In this document: positions 25,635 through 37,929 of the stretch, piece after piece
Layout of the letters: every line of letters begins with the position of its first letter
Position numbering within the stretch: the first letter of the stretch is position 1
NCBI GenBank assembly: GCA_026770705.1
Contig: JANJGN010000724.1
Coordinates: 1 to 64,000, forward strand
Direction of reading: 5' to 3'
Source: Isurus oxyrinchus
Lineage: Eukaryota
DNA length: 64,000 nt
The notes under the pieces: generated by a model
The model's database searches: none
What the model was told of the DNA's origin: nothing
Seen by the model: only the letters and a program-made list of their open reading frames with translations
Position numbers and translations under genes: made by a program

Positions 25635-25774
25635 CCAGGACCTGTCCGACTGCTCGCCTGGGGAGGAACTGCCCACACGCTCTGCTTGGGCTGAATGACC
25701 TCTTCCTGTGCTGCTCCCTCTGTGTATTTAATTAGAAAGGGTTGATGTGTCTCTGTGAGACAAAATGGGGAAGT
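25635..25774 (-). promoter_or_regulatory. Gene A putative promoter and non-coding exon 1
   Basis: CTGG|gtaagt donor, TTAAATA box, PU.1-type AAAATGGGGAAGT; conserved in all four units. Confidence 0.6.
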
Positions 25775-25959
25775 AGCAAAGGAGTGAGTAAACAGGCAGT
25801 AGGAATGAGTGCTTCATACCACAAAGCGTTACAACATAATCACACTTTTGACCTATTTATTGTGATTCTGTGATGCTTCTCTTCTGTTGTTTGCTATTTG
25901 GTAACGTCAGTTTTTTACCATGGCTCCGAGGGTTAATATTTAATTGTGCTGTTGCAGGG

Positions 25960-27900
25960 TAAATACTGAGCAAATGCGGCACCATCAGGGGGTCAGTACT
26001 GATGGGGTGCTGCTCTGTCGCAGGATCAGGTCTGAAGAAGTGCTGCTCTGTTGGAGGGTCAGCAGCAAAGGAGTTCTGCACTGTAGAGTATTGGTGTATT
26101 GTTCCTGAGGGCGTGCTGCACTGTCAGAGGGTCAGTACTGAGGGAGTGCTGCACTGTCAGAGGGTCAGTACTGAGGGAGTGCTGCACTGTCAGAGGGTCA
26201 GTACTGAGGGAGTGCTGCACTGTCAGAGGGTCAGTACTGAGGGAGTGCTGCACTGTCAGAGGGTCAGTACTGAGGGAGTGCTGCACTGTCAGAGGGTCAG
26301 TACTGAGGGAGTGCTGCACTGTCAGAGGGTCAGTACTGAGGGAGTGCTGCACTGTCAGAGGGTCAGTACTGAGGGAGTGCTGCACTGTCAGAAGGTCAGT
26401 ACTGAGGGAGTGCTGCACTGTCAGAAGGTCAGTACTGAGGGAGTGCTGCACATTCAGAGGGTCAGTACTGAGGGAGTGCTGCACTGTCGGAGGGTTAGCA
26501 CTGAGGTAGTGCTGCACTGTCAGAGGGTCAGTACAGAGGGAATGCTGCACTGTCGGAGGCTCAGTACTGAGGTAGTGCTGCACTCTTGGAGGGACAGTTC
26601 TGAGGAGTGCTGCCCTGTCGGAGGGTCAGTACTGAGGGAATGCTGCACTGTCAGAGTCTTGTTCCTGAGGGAGTGCTGCACTGTCAGAGGGACAGTACTG
26701 AGGGAGTGCTGCACTGTCAGAGGGTCAGTACTGAGGGAGTGCTGCACATTCAGAGGGTCAGTACTGAGGGAGTGCTGCACTGTCGGAGGGTACGTACTGA
26801 GGTAGTGCTGCACTGTCAGAGGGTCAGTACAGAGGGAATGCTGCACTGTCGGAGGCTCAGTACTGAGGTAGTGCTGCACTCTTGGAGGGACAGTTCTGAG
26901 GAGTGCTGCACTCTTGGAGGGACAGTTCTGAGGAGTGCTGCCCTGTCGGAGGGTCAGTACTGAGGGAGTGCTGCACTGTCAGAGTCTTGTTCCTGAGGGA
27001 GTGCTGCACTGTCAGAGGGACAGTACTGAGGGAGTGCTGCACTGTCAGAGGGTCAGTACTGAGGGAGTGCTGCGCTGTCAGAGGGTCAGTACTGAGGGAG
27101 TGCTGCACTGTTGGAGGGTCAGAACTGAGGTAGTGCTGCACTGTCGGAGGGTTAGTACTGAGGTAGTGCTGCACTGTCATAGGGTCAGTACTGAGGGAGT
27201 GCTGCACTGTCGGAGGGTCAGTACTGAGGGAGTGCTGCACTCTTGGTGTGTCAGTACTGAGGGAGTGCTGCACTGTCAGAGGGTCAGTATTGAGGAAGTG
27301 CTGGACACTTGGTGTGTCAATACTGAGGTAGTGTCGCACTCTTGTATGGTCAGTACTGAGGGAGTGCTGCACTGTTGGAGGGTCAGTACTGAGGGAGTGC
27401 TGCACTGTCGGAGGGTCAGTACTGAGGGAGTGCTGCACTGTCGGAGGGTCAGTACTGAGGGAGTGCTGCACTGTCAGAGTCTTGTTCCTGAGGGAGTGCT
27501 GCACTGTCAGAGGGACAGTACTGAGGGAGTGCTGCACTGTCAGAGGGTCAGTACTGAGGGAGTGCTGCACATTCAGAGGGTCAGTACTGAGGGAGTGCTG
27601 TGCTGTCAGAGGGTCAGTACTGAGGGAGTGCTGCACTGTTGGAGGGTCAGAACTGAGGGAGTGCTGCACTGTCGGAGGGTCAGTACTGAGGTAGTGCTGC
27701 ACTGTCGGAGGGTCAGTACTGAGGTAGTGCTGCACTGTCGGAGGGTCAGTACTGAGGTAGTGCTGCACTGTCAGAGGGTCAGTATTGAGGAAGTGCTGGA
27801 CACTTGGTGTGTCAATACTGAGGTAGTGTCGCGGTCTTGTATGGTCAGTACTGAGGGAGTGCTGCACTGTTGGAGGGTCAGTAGTGAAGGAGTGCTGCAC
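25960..27900. repeat. 33-bp minisatellite, ~1.9 kb
   Basis: (CAGTACTGAGGGAGTGCTGCACTGTCAGAGGGT)n with higher-order variant blocks. Confidence 0.97.
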
Positions 27901-28238
27901 TATCTAAAGAACATTGTACAAGTTTCACAAAATTGCATCGAATGCCTTTGTCTCACTAACTTCAAATTTAGAACAGGAATATTTCTCGCTGTTTCTGAGC
28001 AGCAAGGCAGCTTTGATATCACACCACCCAATGGCAGGAGTGCCTAACTACAATGTGACATGTTTACATGGGAAGTTTCCATTATAAAGATGGGCACAAT
28101 AATTCACATGATTGGAAAATCGTCACAACATGAAGTAATGTCTTTGAGCCAAGATTTTGCAGTAAAATGAGAAATTTTATGTGTAAATATCTACAGAACA
28201 GGCTGAGCATTTTAATCACTTGTGTTAATCAATGTAAT

Positions 28239-28581
28239 TTTATTCATAACACAAATGCTTCTTACAATCTATCGCAGCATGAAAAAGGTGCAGCATTCAG
28301 AAAGCACATTCCAATCAGAGAACAGAGTTTAGCAACGTCACATTTCTGTTCATTCCTATTCGACCATGTTGGCTGCACACAGCCAGACAATGCCGTGGTT
28401 ATGATGTGTCCACACAGCAGGACTGGGGAGCACCAGGTATAAGGAAAAGTTTCAGCTTGCTGAGGAGAAGAAGGAGAATCTCTCGTTCCAGGTTTCTCTC
28501 CGTACATTAAGAAGCAGGCATGCCGATGTTTCATTGCACTCTGTCTGCTGATGGGAGTCCGTTTGGAAATTGCTGTTTGTG
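28239..28581 (-). other. Unit B terminal exon / 3' UTR
   Basis: ccatcag| acceptor, AATAAA at 28239-28244, near-identical to 62898-63240, distal part homologous to the gene A UTR at 8370-8520. Confidence 0.55.
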
Positions 28582-28599
28582 CTGATGGAAAGAATAAGC

Positions 28600-29200
28600 T
28601 TTTCATAAATCGAGGGATTGAGTTCAAACACAGGGAGGTTATGCTGAACATTTATAAAGCTCTGGTTAGGTCACAACTAGAGTATTGTGTCCAGTTCTGG
28701 TCTCCTCACTTTGGGAAGGAAGTGAGTGTCCTTGAGAGGGTGGGGAGGAGATTGAGCAGAATGGGTCCAGGGATGAGGGATTTTAGCTACAAGGTTGGGT
28801 TGGAGAAGCTGGGGTTGTTCTCCTTGGAGCAAAGGAGATTGAGGGGGGATCTGATCGAGGTGTACAAGATGATGATGGGTTTAGATACGGTAGACAAAGA
28901 GAAGCTGTTGCCATTAGCTGATGGGACAAGGACTGGGGGACACAGATTGAAGGTTTTGGGCAGAGGGGGATGTGAGGAGGAACTTTTTTACACAGCGAGT
29001 GGTAATGAGCTGGAACTCGCTGCCTACGAGGATGGTGGAAGTGGAGACGAACGATTTCAAAAGGAAATTGGATGGATACTTGGAAATAAACTTGCAGAGA
29101 TACGGGGATAGAGAGGGGGAATGGGACTGACTGGATTGCTCGACAGAGAGACAGCATGGACTCAATGGGCTGAATGGTCTCCCACTGTGCTGGAATGCCT
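28600..29200 (+). mobile_element. CR1 LINE 3' end (inverted twin at ~62275-62880)
   Basis: LVRSQLEYCVQFWSPH...LGLFSLEQRRLRGDLIEVYKMM. Confidence 0.9.
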
Positions 29201-29313
29201 CTCTGATACGAAGGTGATTCTAACCAGGACACTGACCAGTTTCAGTACAACTTAACACAACATCACACGTTATTTGTCTGCACTGACTGACCAGATTGTT
29301 GCTGTACAAAGCT

Positions 29314-29453
29314 TCAAACAGTCTGTCGACTTCCTTTCACTGTTTGTCTCTCCCAGACACAGACTCCAGCGATAGTGATAACCACAGCCACAAGGAATAT
29401 CACAGCTCGTATTCCCAGGATCAGGATCACGTGCAGAATCTCTCCTCCACTGT
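29314..29453 (-). CDS. Unit B transmembrane exon with Arg (activating type)
   Basis: ctctag|AC AGT...: SGGEILHVILILGIRAVIFLVAVVITIAGVCVWERQTVKGSRQTV*. Confidence 0.75.
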
Positions 29454-30964
29454 CTAGAGAACACACAGAAAGAAATCATCACTGACTCTCCGCTTTCAAT
29501 CTCTCACTCTGGCTGAACAATCAAGCTTCATATCACTGCAACATTTGCTGTAATATTGACCCATCCACTGGGATTCAATGTGGAATGAATGTTTTCATTG
29601 TAAACACTCTAAGAGTGGACAATCGGAACTTTCCCCTTAGCGTGGAACATTGGTGAGAATGGATCATTGTGCTGTTGGACTCCCTGTCCAATGTTTCTCT
29701 CTATTGCTGTGTACAGGATTGTGCCGTAGAAAATTCTGGAAACGTTTAGTGCCGGGTGGAAATCCATCTCGGACATGTGTGCGTATCAGGCAGGATCGAG
29801 ATGGACTCCCCCACGGACTTACACCCCCCGCTTAATAAACAGTTCCAATCTTTACCCAGAGAGAGGGGAGAATGTGGAACTCACTCCCATAGGGATTGGT
29901 TGAGGTGAACAGGATCGATGTATTTAAGGGGCAGGAGGGTCGGTAACCAGAGGGACACAGATTGACGAACCGGAGGGGGAGATGAGGAGAATTTGTTTTG
30001 ACAGAGCGAGTTGTTGTGATCTGGAAGGTGCTGCCTGAAAGGGCGGTGGAAGCAGATTCAATAGGAACTTTCAAAAGTGGAATTGTATAAACACTTGAAG
30101 GAGGAAGATGGGGGCAAAGTGGAGTGGTGGTTAGTGGATCTGATGGGATAGAACATTGAAAAACCTGGCACAGGCACCATGGGCTGAATGGCCTCCTCCT
30201 GTGCTGTACCATTCTCCGCTTCCATGATCTCTCCCCCAGTCAGTAACCACTCCAGATCCCTCTTGAAGTTGACAGAGAAACAGCAACCACCACACCCACT
30301 GACAGCACATTCCCGAGGATCACTACTCTCTGGGAAAAGATGAACTCCCCAACATCCAGCCTATTCCTGCTTCCCAGAGAGTGTAAACCCTTCAGGGAGG
30401 CGCTGAGGAAGTTTTCAATAAAATGACATCAAATCCACCGTTTGAGAAATAATTGAATTCCGATGAACTCACAGCTTGTGGAGCAAACTGGGAAGTAGAG
30501 TTGCTTGGAAAGCTGGGAAACACAAGGATTAAGGGCTACAATGCCACCACTGATGGGAGGCTGTAACTGCAGCGTGACGTTTACATAGGCAGTCATCATT
30601 ATAAACAGGGGCATTGGACATAATGGGAATTATGTGCACGGAAATAGTGAGAACATTATTTAAGCTTTTCACCAGCAGGAATTCTCTTCCTAAACCTCTC
30701 CAACTCTCTCTTACTCTCAGATACACAAAGAAAATCACACAGAATCAGATAAGGAAGAGTTGGGTTGGTGATTCGTCAAAGAGTTAGGTTTCAGGAAGCT
30801 TCTTAAAAGGAGAGAGAGAGTTGGAGACGCAGAGAGTATCTGTGAGTGCCTCTATGCATCTGAGTGTCTGTAATAGTAATTTCCATATTCTTCCATAAAT
30901 ATGAATGGGAACACAAATCCCAGAATTCAGGCCAACTCTCCAGTGCAGTACTGAGGGAGTACTG

Positions 30965-31020
30965 ACATTCCAACTGGGGAGAGAAATATCAATATTTAAC
31001 TCTGGATGGTTTGTAGATCC
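30965..31020 (-). pseudogene. Unit B V-exon remnant: acceptor plus ~10 nt, fused to SINE-derived sequence
   Basis: tttctctccccag|TTGGAATGTCA versus the V start TTGGACTGTCA; the rest of V is absent. Confidence 0.75.
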
Positions 31021-31834
31021 AATAGACTCGATATCCACCCCCTCCATCACTGGGGCACAGTGGCTGCAGTGTGGACCATCTACAGGACACACAAGGATCT
31101 CCCCAAGGTTTCACAATGGATGGAAGAGAATCCTGGTCACAGGAGTGGACAAGTTCATTCTACATTGGCTCATGGTCCTCAGGACCCTGTTTAGTGAAGC
31201 CAGTCTTCCACCCAACACAGTGTCTACAAGATACACAGGGAAACTGTGTAAATATCTCATCTCTCTACACCGACTGGTTTGTCTTCGGTTTAACTTTCAG
31301 TTATTTTACTTCCTTATTGTGGTTGCTATGGTGAAACTGTGCAGGAAGTGCGAGGGCTGGACTCTCTGTCTATTCTGACTGCAGCTGTGATGTGGTCGTG
31401 GTGATTCTCAGTAAAATGAAACCCTCTGAGCTCCCCCATCCCCGAGGTTTAGGGAGTGAATTCCAGAGCTCAGGCCCCAGGCAGCTGAAGGCCCGGCCGC
31501 CAGTATTGGAGTGATGGGAATCGGGGGATGGTCAAGAGGCCGGAATTGGAGTAACACAGAGATCTGGGACTTTGGTTGGGAGAGTTGCAGGAGCTTACAG
31601 AGATAAGGAGGCAGTGTGAGGCAATGGATGCATTTGAACAAAGAGATGTGACTTTTAAGTTTGAGATGTTGTAGGACCAGGAGACAGATAGTTTAGGGGT
31701 GATGGGTGAATGGGACTTGGTGTGAGCTTGTACACTGGCTCACTGCTGAATCGGTTCCCAATAACAGCTCAATAAGAATGATCTTTTACAAAGGCTATTA
31801 ACCATAAATCTGTCCGAGCTGACGATGATATTAC

Positions 31835-31874
31835 CTTGGAGAAGTGACAGGAGGAAGTAAGATTTTCCAATCAT
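31835..31874 (-). CDS. Unit B signal-peptide exon, intact
   Basis: MIGKSYFLLSLLQ G|gtaat. Confidence 0.75.
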
Positions 31875-32327
31875 TATCCACTCCCAGATATTTCATCAGC
31901 TTCTCACTCTGAAACTCTGAAAGGGAAAGGAGTTAATGAGACCTCACCTCTTGTCCAACAGCTCTCGAGAGATCAGAACTGCTTTTAGACAATGTCTTCA
32001 CAGAATAATTCACAGAATAATCATCCCTGTGGGATGATAGGTGTTCTGCAGAGAGTTACAAGGCTTTAAGAATGAAAAACAACAAAGGACTTGCATTTCT
32101 ATAGCACTTTTCACCACATCAGGACACCCCAAAGTATCTACAGTTCCCTCATCCCTTGAGCTAGAAAGATGTTCTGTACAACAGACTTGAGTCTCACACC
32201 CAGATCTCAATAATCAGTGGAAATCTTTCAAAGGCATCAATCATTGGAATCTGTCTTCATAAAGTCACAACATCAACAAAGGACGGTGTTGGTGGTGGAA
32301 GTGAATTCCAATCGTTCCGTTACTTAC

Positions 32328-32467
32328 CCAGGACCTGTCCGACTGCTCGCCTGGGGAGGAACTGCCCACACGCTCTGCTTGGGCTGAATGACCTCTTCCT
32401 GTGCTGCTCCCTCTGTGTGTTTAATGAGAAAGGGTGGATGTGTCACTTTGAGACAAAATGAGGAAGT
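32328..32467 (-). promoter_or_regulatory. Unit B promoter / exon 1
   Basis: Paralog of 25635-25774; AAAATGAGGAAGT. Confidence 0.55.
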
Positions 32468-32704
32468 TGGTTCAAAGTGACAGAGCAGCTCATGTTTTGA
32501 GATGTTGGTGAACTGTTAATCCTTTGTGTCCTGACCCTGTGTTGATATTTCTGCTCACAGGTGCACAGTCATTGACCAGGAGTTTCTCCTGTGGGTCAGT
32601 GGGTTTCACACCCGAACTCAGGGAGTCAGTATGTTTTAGAATTTTGTGGGGTTCAAGACCCCATTCAGCAGATGCCTGCCCCACAGAGTAGACTGAAATT
32701 CCCC

Positions 32705-33200
32705 AGTGTCAGTACTGAGGGAGTGCTGCACTGTCAGTGGGTCAGTACTGAGGGAGTGCTACACTGTCAGAGGAACAGTACTGAGGGAGTGCAGCACTGT
32801 CGGAGGGTCAGTACTGAGGGAGTGCTACACTGTCAGAGGGACAGTACTGAGGGAGTGCTGCACTGTCAGAGGGACAGTATCGAGGGAGTGCTAATCTGTC
32901 GGAGAGACAGTTTTGAGGGAGTGTTGCACTGTCAGAGGGACAGTACTGAGGAATTGTTGCGCTGTTGGAGGGTCAGTACTGATGGAGTGCTGCACTGTCG
33001 GTGGGACAGTCCTCAGGGAGTGCCGCACTGTCGGAGGGTCAGTACTGAGGGAGTGTTGTACTGTTGGAGGTTCAGTACTGAAAGTGCGCTGCACTGTCGG
33101 AGGGTCAGTACTGAGGGAGTGTTGTACTGTCAGAGGTTCAGTATTGAGTGAGTGCTGCACTGTCAGAGGGTCAGTACTGAGGGAGTGCTGCACTGTCAGG
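32705..33200. repeat. 33-bp minisatellite
   Basis: Tandem 33-mers. Confidence 0.92.
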
Positions 33201-33421
33201 GGGTGAGTACATTGAGATTCCTGCTCTGCTCTATCAGCCCCTTGGCTGGACATAAAAGCCGCTGTGTTAATGTTCAGAAACGGTTATTAATTGTATTCTG
33301 GTCACCATTTTCCCTCAAAGACAGATTATCTGATTGTCATCAGAATACCTTTCTATGGGATCCTGCTGAGCGTAATCTTGACTGTTCCAGCGAATGTATA
33401 ATGAAGGGTGTCCATACTTAC

Positions 33422-33718
33422 CTTGCACAGTTAGTACGAGGGTCCGCTCCGATGAAACAGATGGATATCTCACTCTGCAGCTGAGAGTGTGTCCGTGGTG
33501 TTTGAGTGATGAGATCAGGGTCAGAACAGAAGTATAGGTCAGAGTGACACCATGCTGAGTTACAGTGTTTGAGACTGATCCAGGTACGTCAGTGGGAGTG
33601 TCCCAGGTTAAGACAGGTGCTCCTGTTCCATTGCACGTTGTGTCGAAGGTGCAGCTTACATCCACAGGCTTTCCTGCAATAATTTCAGCAGGGAATATCG
33701 TGGGTTTATCTGTGAAAT
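33422..33718 (-). pseudogene. Pseudogene C first C2 exon (ORF still open)
   Basis: 297 nt, splice sites intact, near-identical to 22272-22568. Confidence 0.85.
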
Positions 33719-33961
33719 CTAACAGACAGAAAATGGATCCTTTTAGAGAAATATAACGTGAAGCATCAGTTCAAATAGAAATCACAGCCCTAAGATTAGA
33801 GATAGATGGGAGTGGATGACCTGATAACATTGATGGACACAGTCAATACATTTAATCATTGATATTAAAGTGAGTATTAGAGGTTGCTTTTGGACTGAAC
33901 GGATGCTATCACCCGGTTATTGAGAATCAGACTCTGCGTTATACTAAACTGTGTTTTATGT

Positions 33962-35006
33962 TGTGATGAAACTATGATATTTTTCAGAATAATATTGTCG
34001 GCTTATGGGAATGAATGTAGATGGTTCCGTCTGCGGGTCTGATTTAATTGAATTCGAGTCAGATCAACTGTGAGGTTAAAACTATCAATAGAGTTTGGTG
34101 CAAAGCAGACTTCTGAAATGGGGATGGACAAGCTAGGATGAGGGTTCCACAGAAAAGCTGTAAATGAAATTTTAGATCAGTAAAGAGAATGTTTGATTGT
34201 CAAAGGGTAGTTGGGTGTTTATAATTAACAAGATAACCAGGGCAAGGTTATTATGTGTATTCTTCCCAAAAGGAATGGGCCATATTGACAACATGAAAGA
34301 TTTTTATACTATGGGAAAAGTGTATTTCCCAAGACAGGTGCAACAATGGGATTTTATACATTGGAGAGAGAGAAACCAACATAAAGAAGGATGGAATGTT
34401 ATGTGTGAGGGGGACATGAATTTCTTGAAAGGTACAGTAGGTGAAGACAGGTGCTGCTGTTCCATTGCACGTTGTGTTGAAGGTGCAGCTTACATCTACA
34501 CGCTTGCCTGCAATAATTTCAGCAGGGAATATCGTGGGTTGATCTGTGAAATCTAACAGACAGGGAATGGATCCTTTTAGGTAAAACGTTTCTGTTCACT
34601 TTTGCTGCTCCAGTGCTTATAGGTGTGTTAAAAGACTTTGGAATTACACTGTCAAGTGGGTGCTGCAGTAACCTTGCCGGATTCCCATTTCCATTTAAGA
34701 TTTATTGGGATTGTTGCCTTCAAGGGGGTGTGTAGTTGGAAATTAGGTTAATGAGAAATTTTGGAATTTGTTCTAATATCAAGTAACTGTAATCTTCTGT
34801 ATGTGTTTCAATGTTTCTTCTTTTGTTAATACATTTCTTAATATAATTTTAAAATATCTAAAGGTGTTAGTGGACTCAATTCTTATGCATTCACATCATA
34901 AGCCTTCTCTCAACAAATGTAAATGGCAAAACCTTTGTGGTAGCTTGGCCAAGTTCCCTTTGTGGATTCTCTCCACCTGGCACACATCACCTGCCATGTC
35001 ATAACA
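33962..35006. mobile_element. Solo LTR family 1 (inverted) containing a C2 exon fragment
   Basis: TGTGAT...ATAACA, imperfect 4-bp TSD ATGT/GTGT relative to the empty site in the gene A intron. Confidence 0.75.
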
Positions 35007-35091
35007 GTGTTATTATGTAAACGTCAGAGTTTGTGTTCATTCCCATTGAGTGTTGAATGTGAATGTTGAGTAATTATAACACCGCACATAC

Positions 35092-35457
35092 CAGAAACTT
35101 GAAGCTGGTTTACAGGGTAATAGTTATGGCTTGGACCATTGTCAAATTTTATTCTGAAAAAATAAGGTCCTGCATCTTCCCATCTGATGTTGTTTATAAT
35201 CAGTGAACAGTCACCATCTTTCAGGTCTCCAGACAGCCGGGTCCGATGCCGGAACAGTGGTAACTCGTGACTGTGATCCTTGGAGTGAAAGGCTATAAAG
35301 AATCTTATCAGGACTTTGTCATTAAACCAGATTCCAATTTGTGGTTGGTTTTCCAGACACGATGGATAACTGTAATGACATGGAATCTGTACACACGAAT
35401 ATTCCTGCGCTGTCACCTCTCATGGAGTGTCACCTTTCCACTCTTGTGACAGTCCAA
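35092..35457 (-). pseudogene. Pseudogene C V-set exon with a premature stop
   Basis: CGA to TGA at 35420-35422 (DTP*EVT); the rest is open, YFFRIK. Confidence 0.9.
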
Positions 35458-36019
35458 CTGGGGAGAGAAATATCAATATTTAACTCTGGATGGTTTGTAG
35501 ATCCACTAGACTCGATATCCACCCCCTCCATCACTGGGGCACAGTGGCTGCAGTGTGGACCATCTACAGGACACACAGGAATCTCCCCAATGTATCACAA
35601 TGGATAGAAGAGAATCCTGGACACAGGAGTGGACAAGTTCATTCTACATTGGCTCATAGTCCTCAGGACCCTGTTTAGTGAAGCCAGTCTTCCACCCAAC
35701 ACAGTGTCTACAAGATACACAGGGAAACTGTGTAAATATCTCATCTCTCTACACTGACGGTTTACCTTTCAGTTAATTCATTTCGTTATGGTGAAACTGT
35801 GCAAGAAGTGTGAGGGCTGGACCCTCTGTCTATTCTGAATGCTGCTGTGATGTAATCATGGCCTCTCAGGGAATGGACTATTGGAGTTAATTCATCCCTG
35901 AATTTTGATTTTGAATTCCAGAGCTCGGGGCCCAGGCAGCTGAAGGCACGGCCGCCAATAATGGAATGATGGGAATCGGGGGATGGTCAAGATGCTGGAA
36001 TTGGAGGAGTGCAGAGATC

Positions 36020-36340
36020 TCGGAGGGTTGTAGGTACTGGAGGAGATTACAGAAATAGGGAGGGTTGTAATGGTGGACGAGGTTACAGAGAAAGGGAGGT
36101 TTGTAGGGGCTGGAGAAATTAACAGAGATAGCGAAGGATATAGGGGCTGGAGTTGGTTAAAGAGTTAGGGAGAGTGGTAGGGGCTGGAGGAGGTTACTGA
36201 GATAGGGAGGATTGTAGGAGCAGGGCAAGGTTACAGAGGTAGGGAGTAATATATGTGCTGGAAGATGTTACAGAGATAGGGAGGTTGGTATGGGCTGGAG
36301 GAGGTAACATGGATAGGGAGAGTTGCAAAATTTTGGAGGG
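36020..36340. repeat. ~33-bp degenerate tandem repeat (GGAGGTTACAGAGATAGGGAGG...), L2-associated; also at 54560-55000
   Basis: Periodic units next to L2-like 3' sequence. Confidence 0.7.
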
Positions 36341-36553
36341 ATTTCTACAGGATGACCTGGATTTTAATTTTCTGTTGCTGTCAGACAGGGAGTCAGTGAA
36401 TATCAGTGATCACAGGGGTGATGGGTGAATGGGACTTGGTGTGAGTTTGTACACTGGCTCACTGCTGAATCGGTTCCCAATCACAGCTCAATAAGAATGA
36501 TCTTTTACAAAGACTATTAACCATAAATCTGTCCGAGCTGACGATGATATTAG

Positions 36554-36585
36554 CTTGGAGAACTGACAGGAGGAAGTAAGATCAT
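36554..36585 (-). pseudogene. Pseudogene C signal-peptide exon, disabled
   Basis: 8-nt deletion after ATG ATC and donor GT changed to CT. Confidence 0.85.
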
Positions 36586-36704
36586 TGTCCATTCCCAGAT
36601 ATTTCATCAGCTTCTCACTCTCAAGCTGTGAAAGAGAAAGGAGTTAATGAGACCTCACCTCTTGTCCGACAGCTCTCCAGAGATCAGAACTGCTTTTAGA
36701 CAAT

Positions 36705-37342
36705 GGGCAGAGTTTCGCTGTCGGTGAGCAGGGGGCAGGGGTGCAGTGAATTCAGCTGAGGGCCCGCCGACCTGTCAATGGCCAATTGAAGCCATTGACA
36801 GGAACATTTAAACAATGAACCGACCTGCCGGTCCAACCTTAAGGCTGGTGGGCAGGGCAGGAGCTCCAGCGACAACTAGAGAAAACATGAAACCTCATCC
36901 ACCGGCGGGACGAGGATTCATGTCGGTTTTAAAAGAGTTTATTAAAGTTTTGGTGCAGTTTATTAACATGTCCCATCTTGAGTGACACTGTCACGTGAGG
37001 GGGACATGTTGAGGATTTTTTTATTTTTCTATTTTGATTGTTTGAAAACCTTTCAGCGATCTCCCTGAGGCAGCACTTAGCCTCAGGGTGATGTGGGCTT
37101 TATCATGCGCATGTGTGACAGAGCGCACTCTCGCATTTGGGGAATGTCCCCACCACCCACCCCCCACCCCCGGCCCACACAGGAAGGGCATAGCGCTTCC
37201 CGCTGGACATCACGCTGGGTGGGCCTTAATTGGCACGCCCACTTAAAATGGCGGCGGGGCCCGCTTCTCCGGTGGGGATTGGCTCCCCGCCCGCTGGAGA
37301 TTGGGTCAGGCCCACCCGCTCGACAGGCTGGAAATTCAGCCC
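36705..37342. mobile_element. Non-autonomous DNA transposon, PIF/Harbinger-like MITE
   Basis: Termini GGGCAGAGTTTC / GAAATTCAGCCC, 3-bp TSD AAT; the empty site (tagacaatgtcttc) is seen in units A and B. Confidence 0.75.
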
Positions 37343-37676
37343 AATGTCTTCACAGACTAATTTGATTCTCTGTGGGATGATAGGTGCTCTGCAGAGAGTT
37401 ACAAGGCTTGAAAAAGAAAAACAATGAAAGACTTGCATTTCTATAGCACCTTTCACCACCTCAGGACGCCCCCAAATCTCATGTCTCTGCACTTCCCTCA
37501 TCCCTTGAGCTAGAAAGATGTTCTGTACAACAGACTTGAGCCTCACACCCAGATCTCAATAATCAGTAGAAATCTTTCAAAGGCATCAATCATTGGAATC
37601 TGTCTTTATAAAGTCACAACATCAACAAAGGACGGTGTTGGTGGTGGAAGTGAATTCCAATCGTTCCGTTACTTAC

Positions 37677-37817
37677 CCAGGACCTGTCCGACTGCTCGCC
37701 TGGGGAGGAACTGCCCATACGCTCTGCTTGGGCTGAATGACCTCTTCCTGTGCTGCTCCCTATTTGTGTTTAATTAAAAAGGGTGCATGTGTCACTGTGA
37801 GTCAAAATGAGGAAGTG
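37677..37817 (-). promoter_or_regulatory. Pseudogene C promoter / exon 1
   Basis: Paralog block with AAAATGAGGAAGTG. Confidence 0.55.
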
Positions 37818-37929
37818 CTTGGTACCAAGTGAGAAAGCAACTCTTTGCCTCGCACTGTTAGAAAACTGTTAACCCTTTGCGTGCCAATAATGTGGTTGAA
37901 GGGCCATCGACTGTTCATATGCAACAAGC

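Larger units (their letters stand above)
8542..25774 (-). other. Gene A: inhibitory-type Siglec-like receptor (L-V-C2-C2-TM-cytoplasmic, 471 aa with any one tail cassette)
   Basis: Exons of 40+369+297+282+97+82+249 nt, all GT-AG with compatible phases and no internal stops; an N-gap lies between C2-2 and TM. Confidence 0.85.

Noticed and set aside
26002-28047. Repetitive ORFs (VSTEGVLHCQR / GSVLRECCTV) and a CRISPR-like look
   Set aside because: Head-to-tail 33-bp satellite with no unique spacers and no cas genes, in vertebrate DNA; a 33-bp unit keeps frames open trivially
33422-37817. Unit C as a functional gene
   Set aside because: Frameshifted leader, dead donor and an in-frame stop early in V
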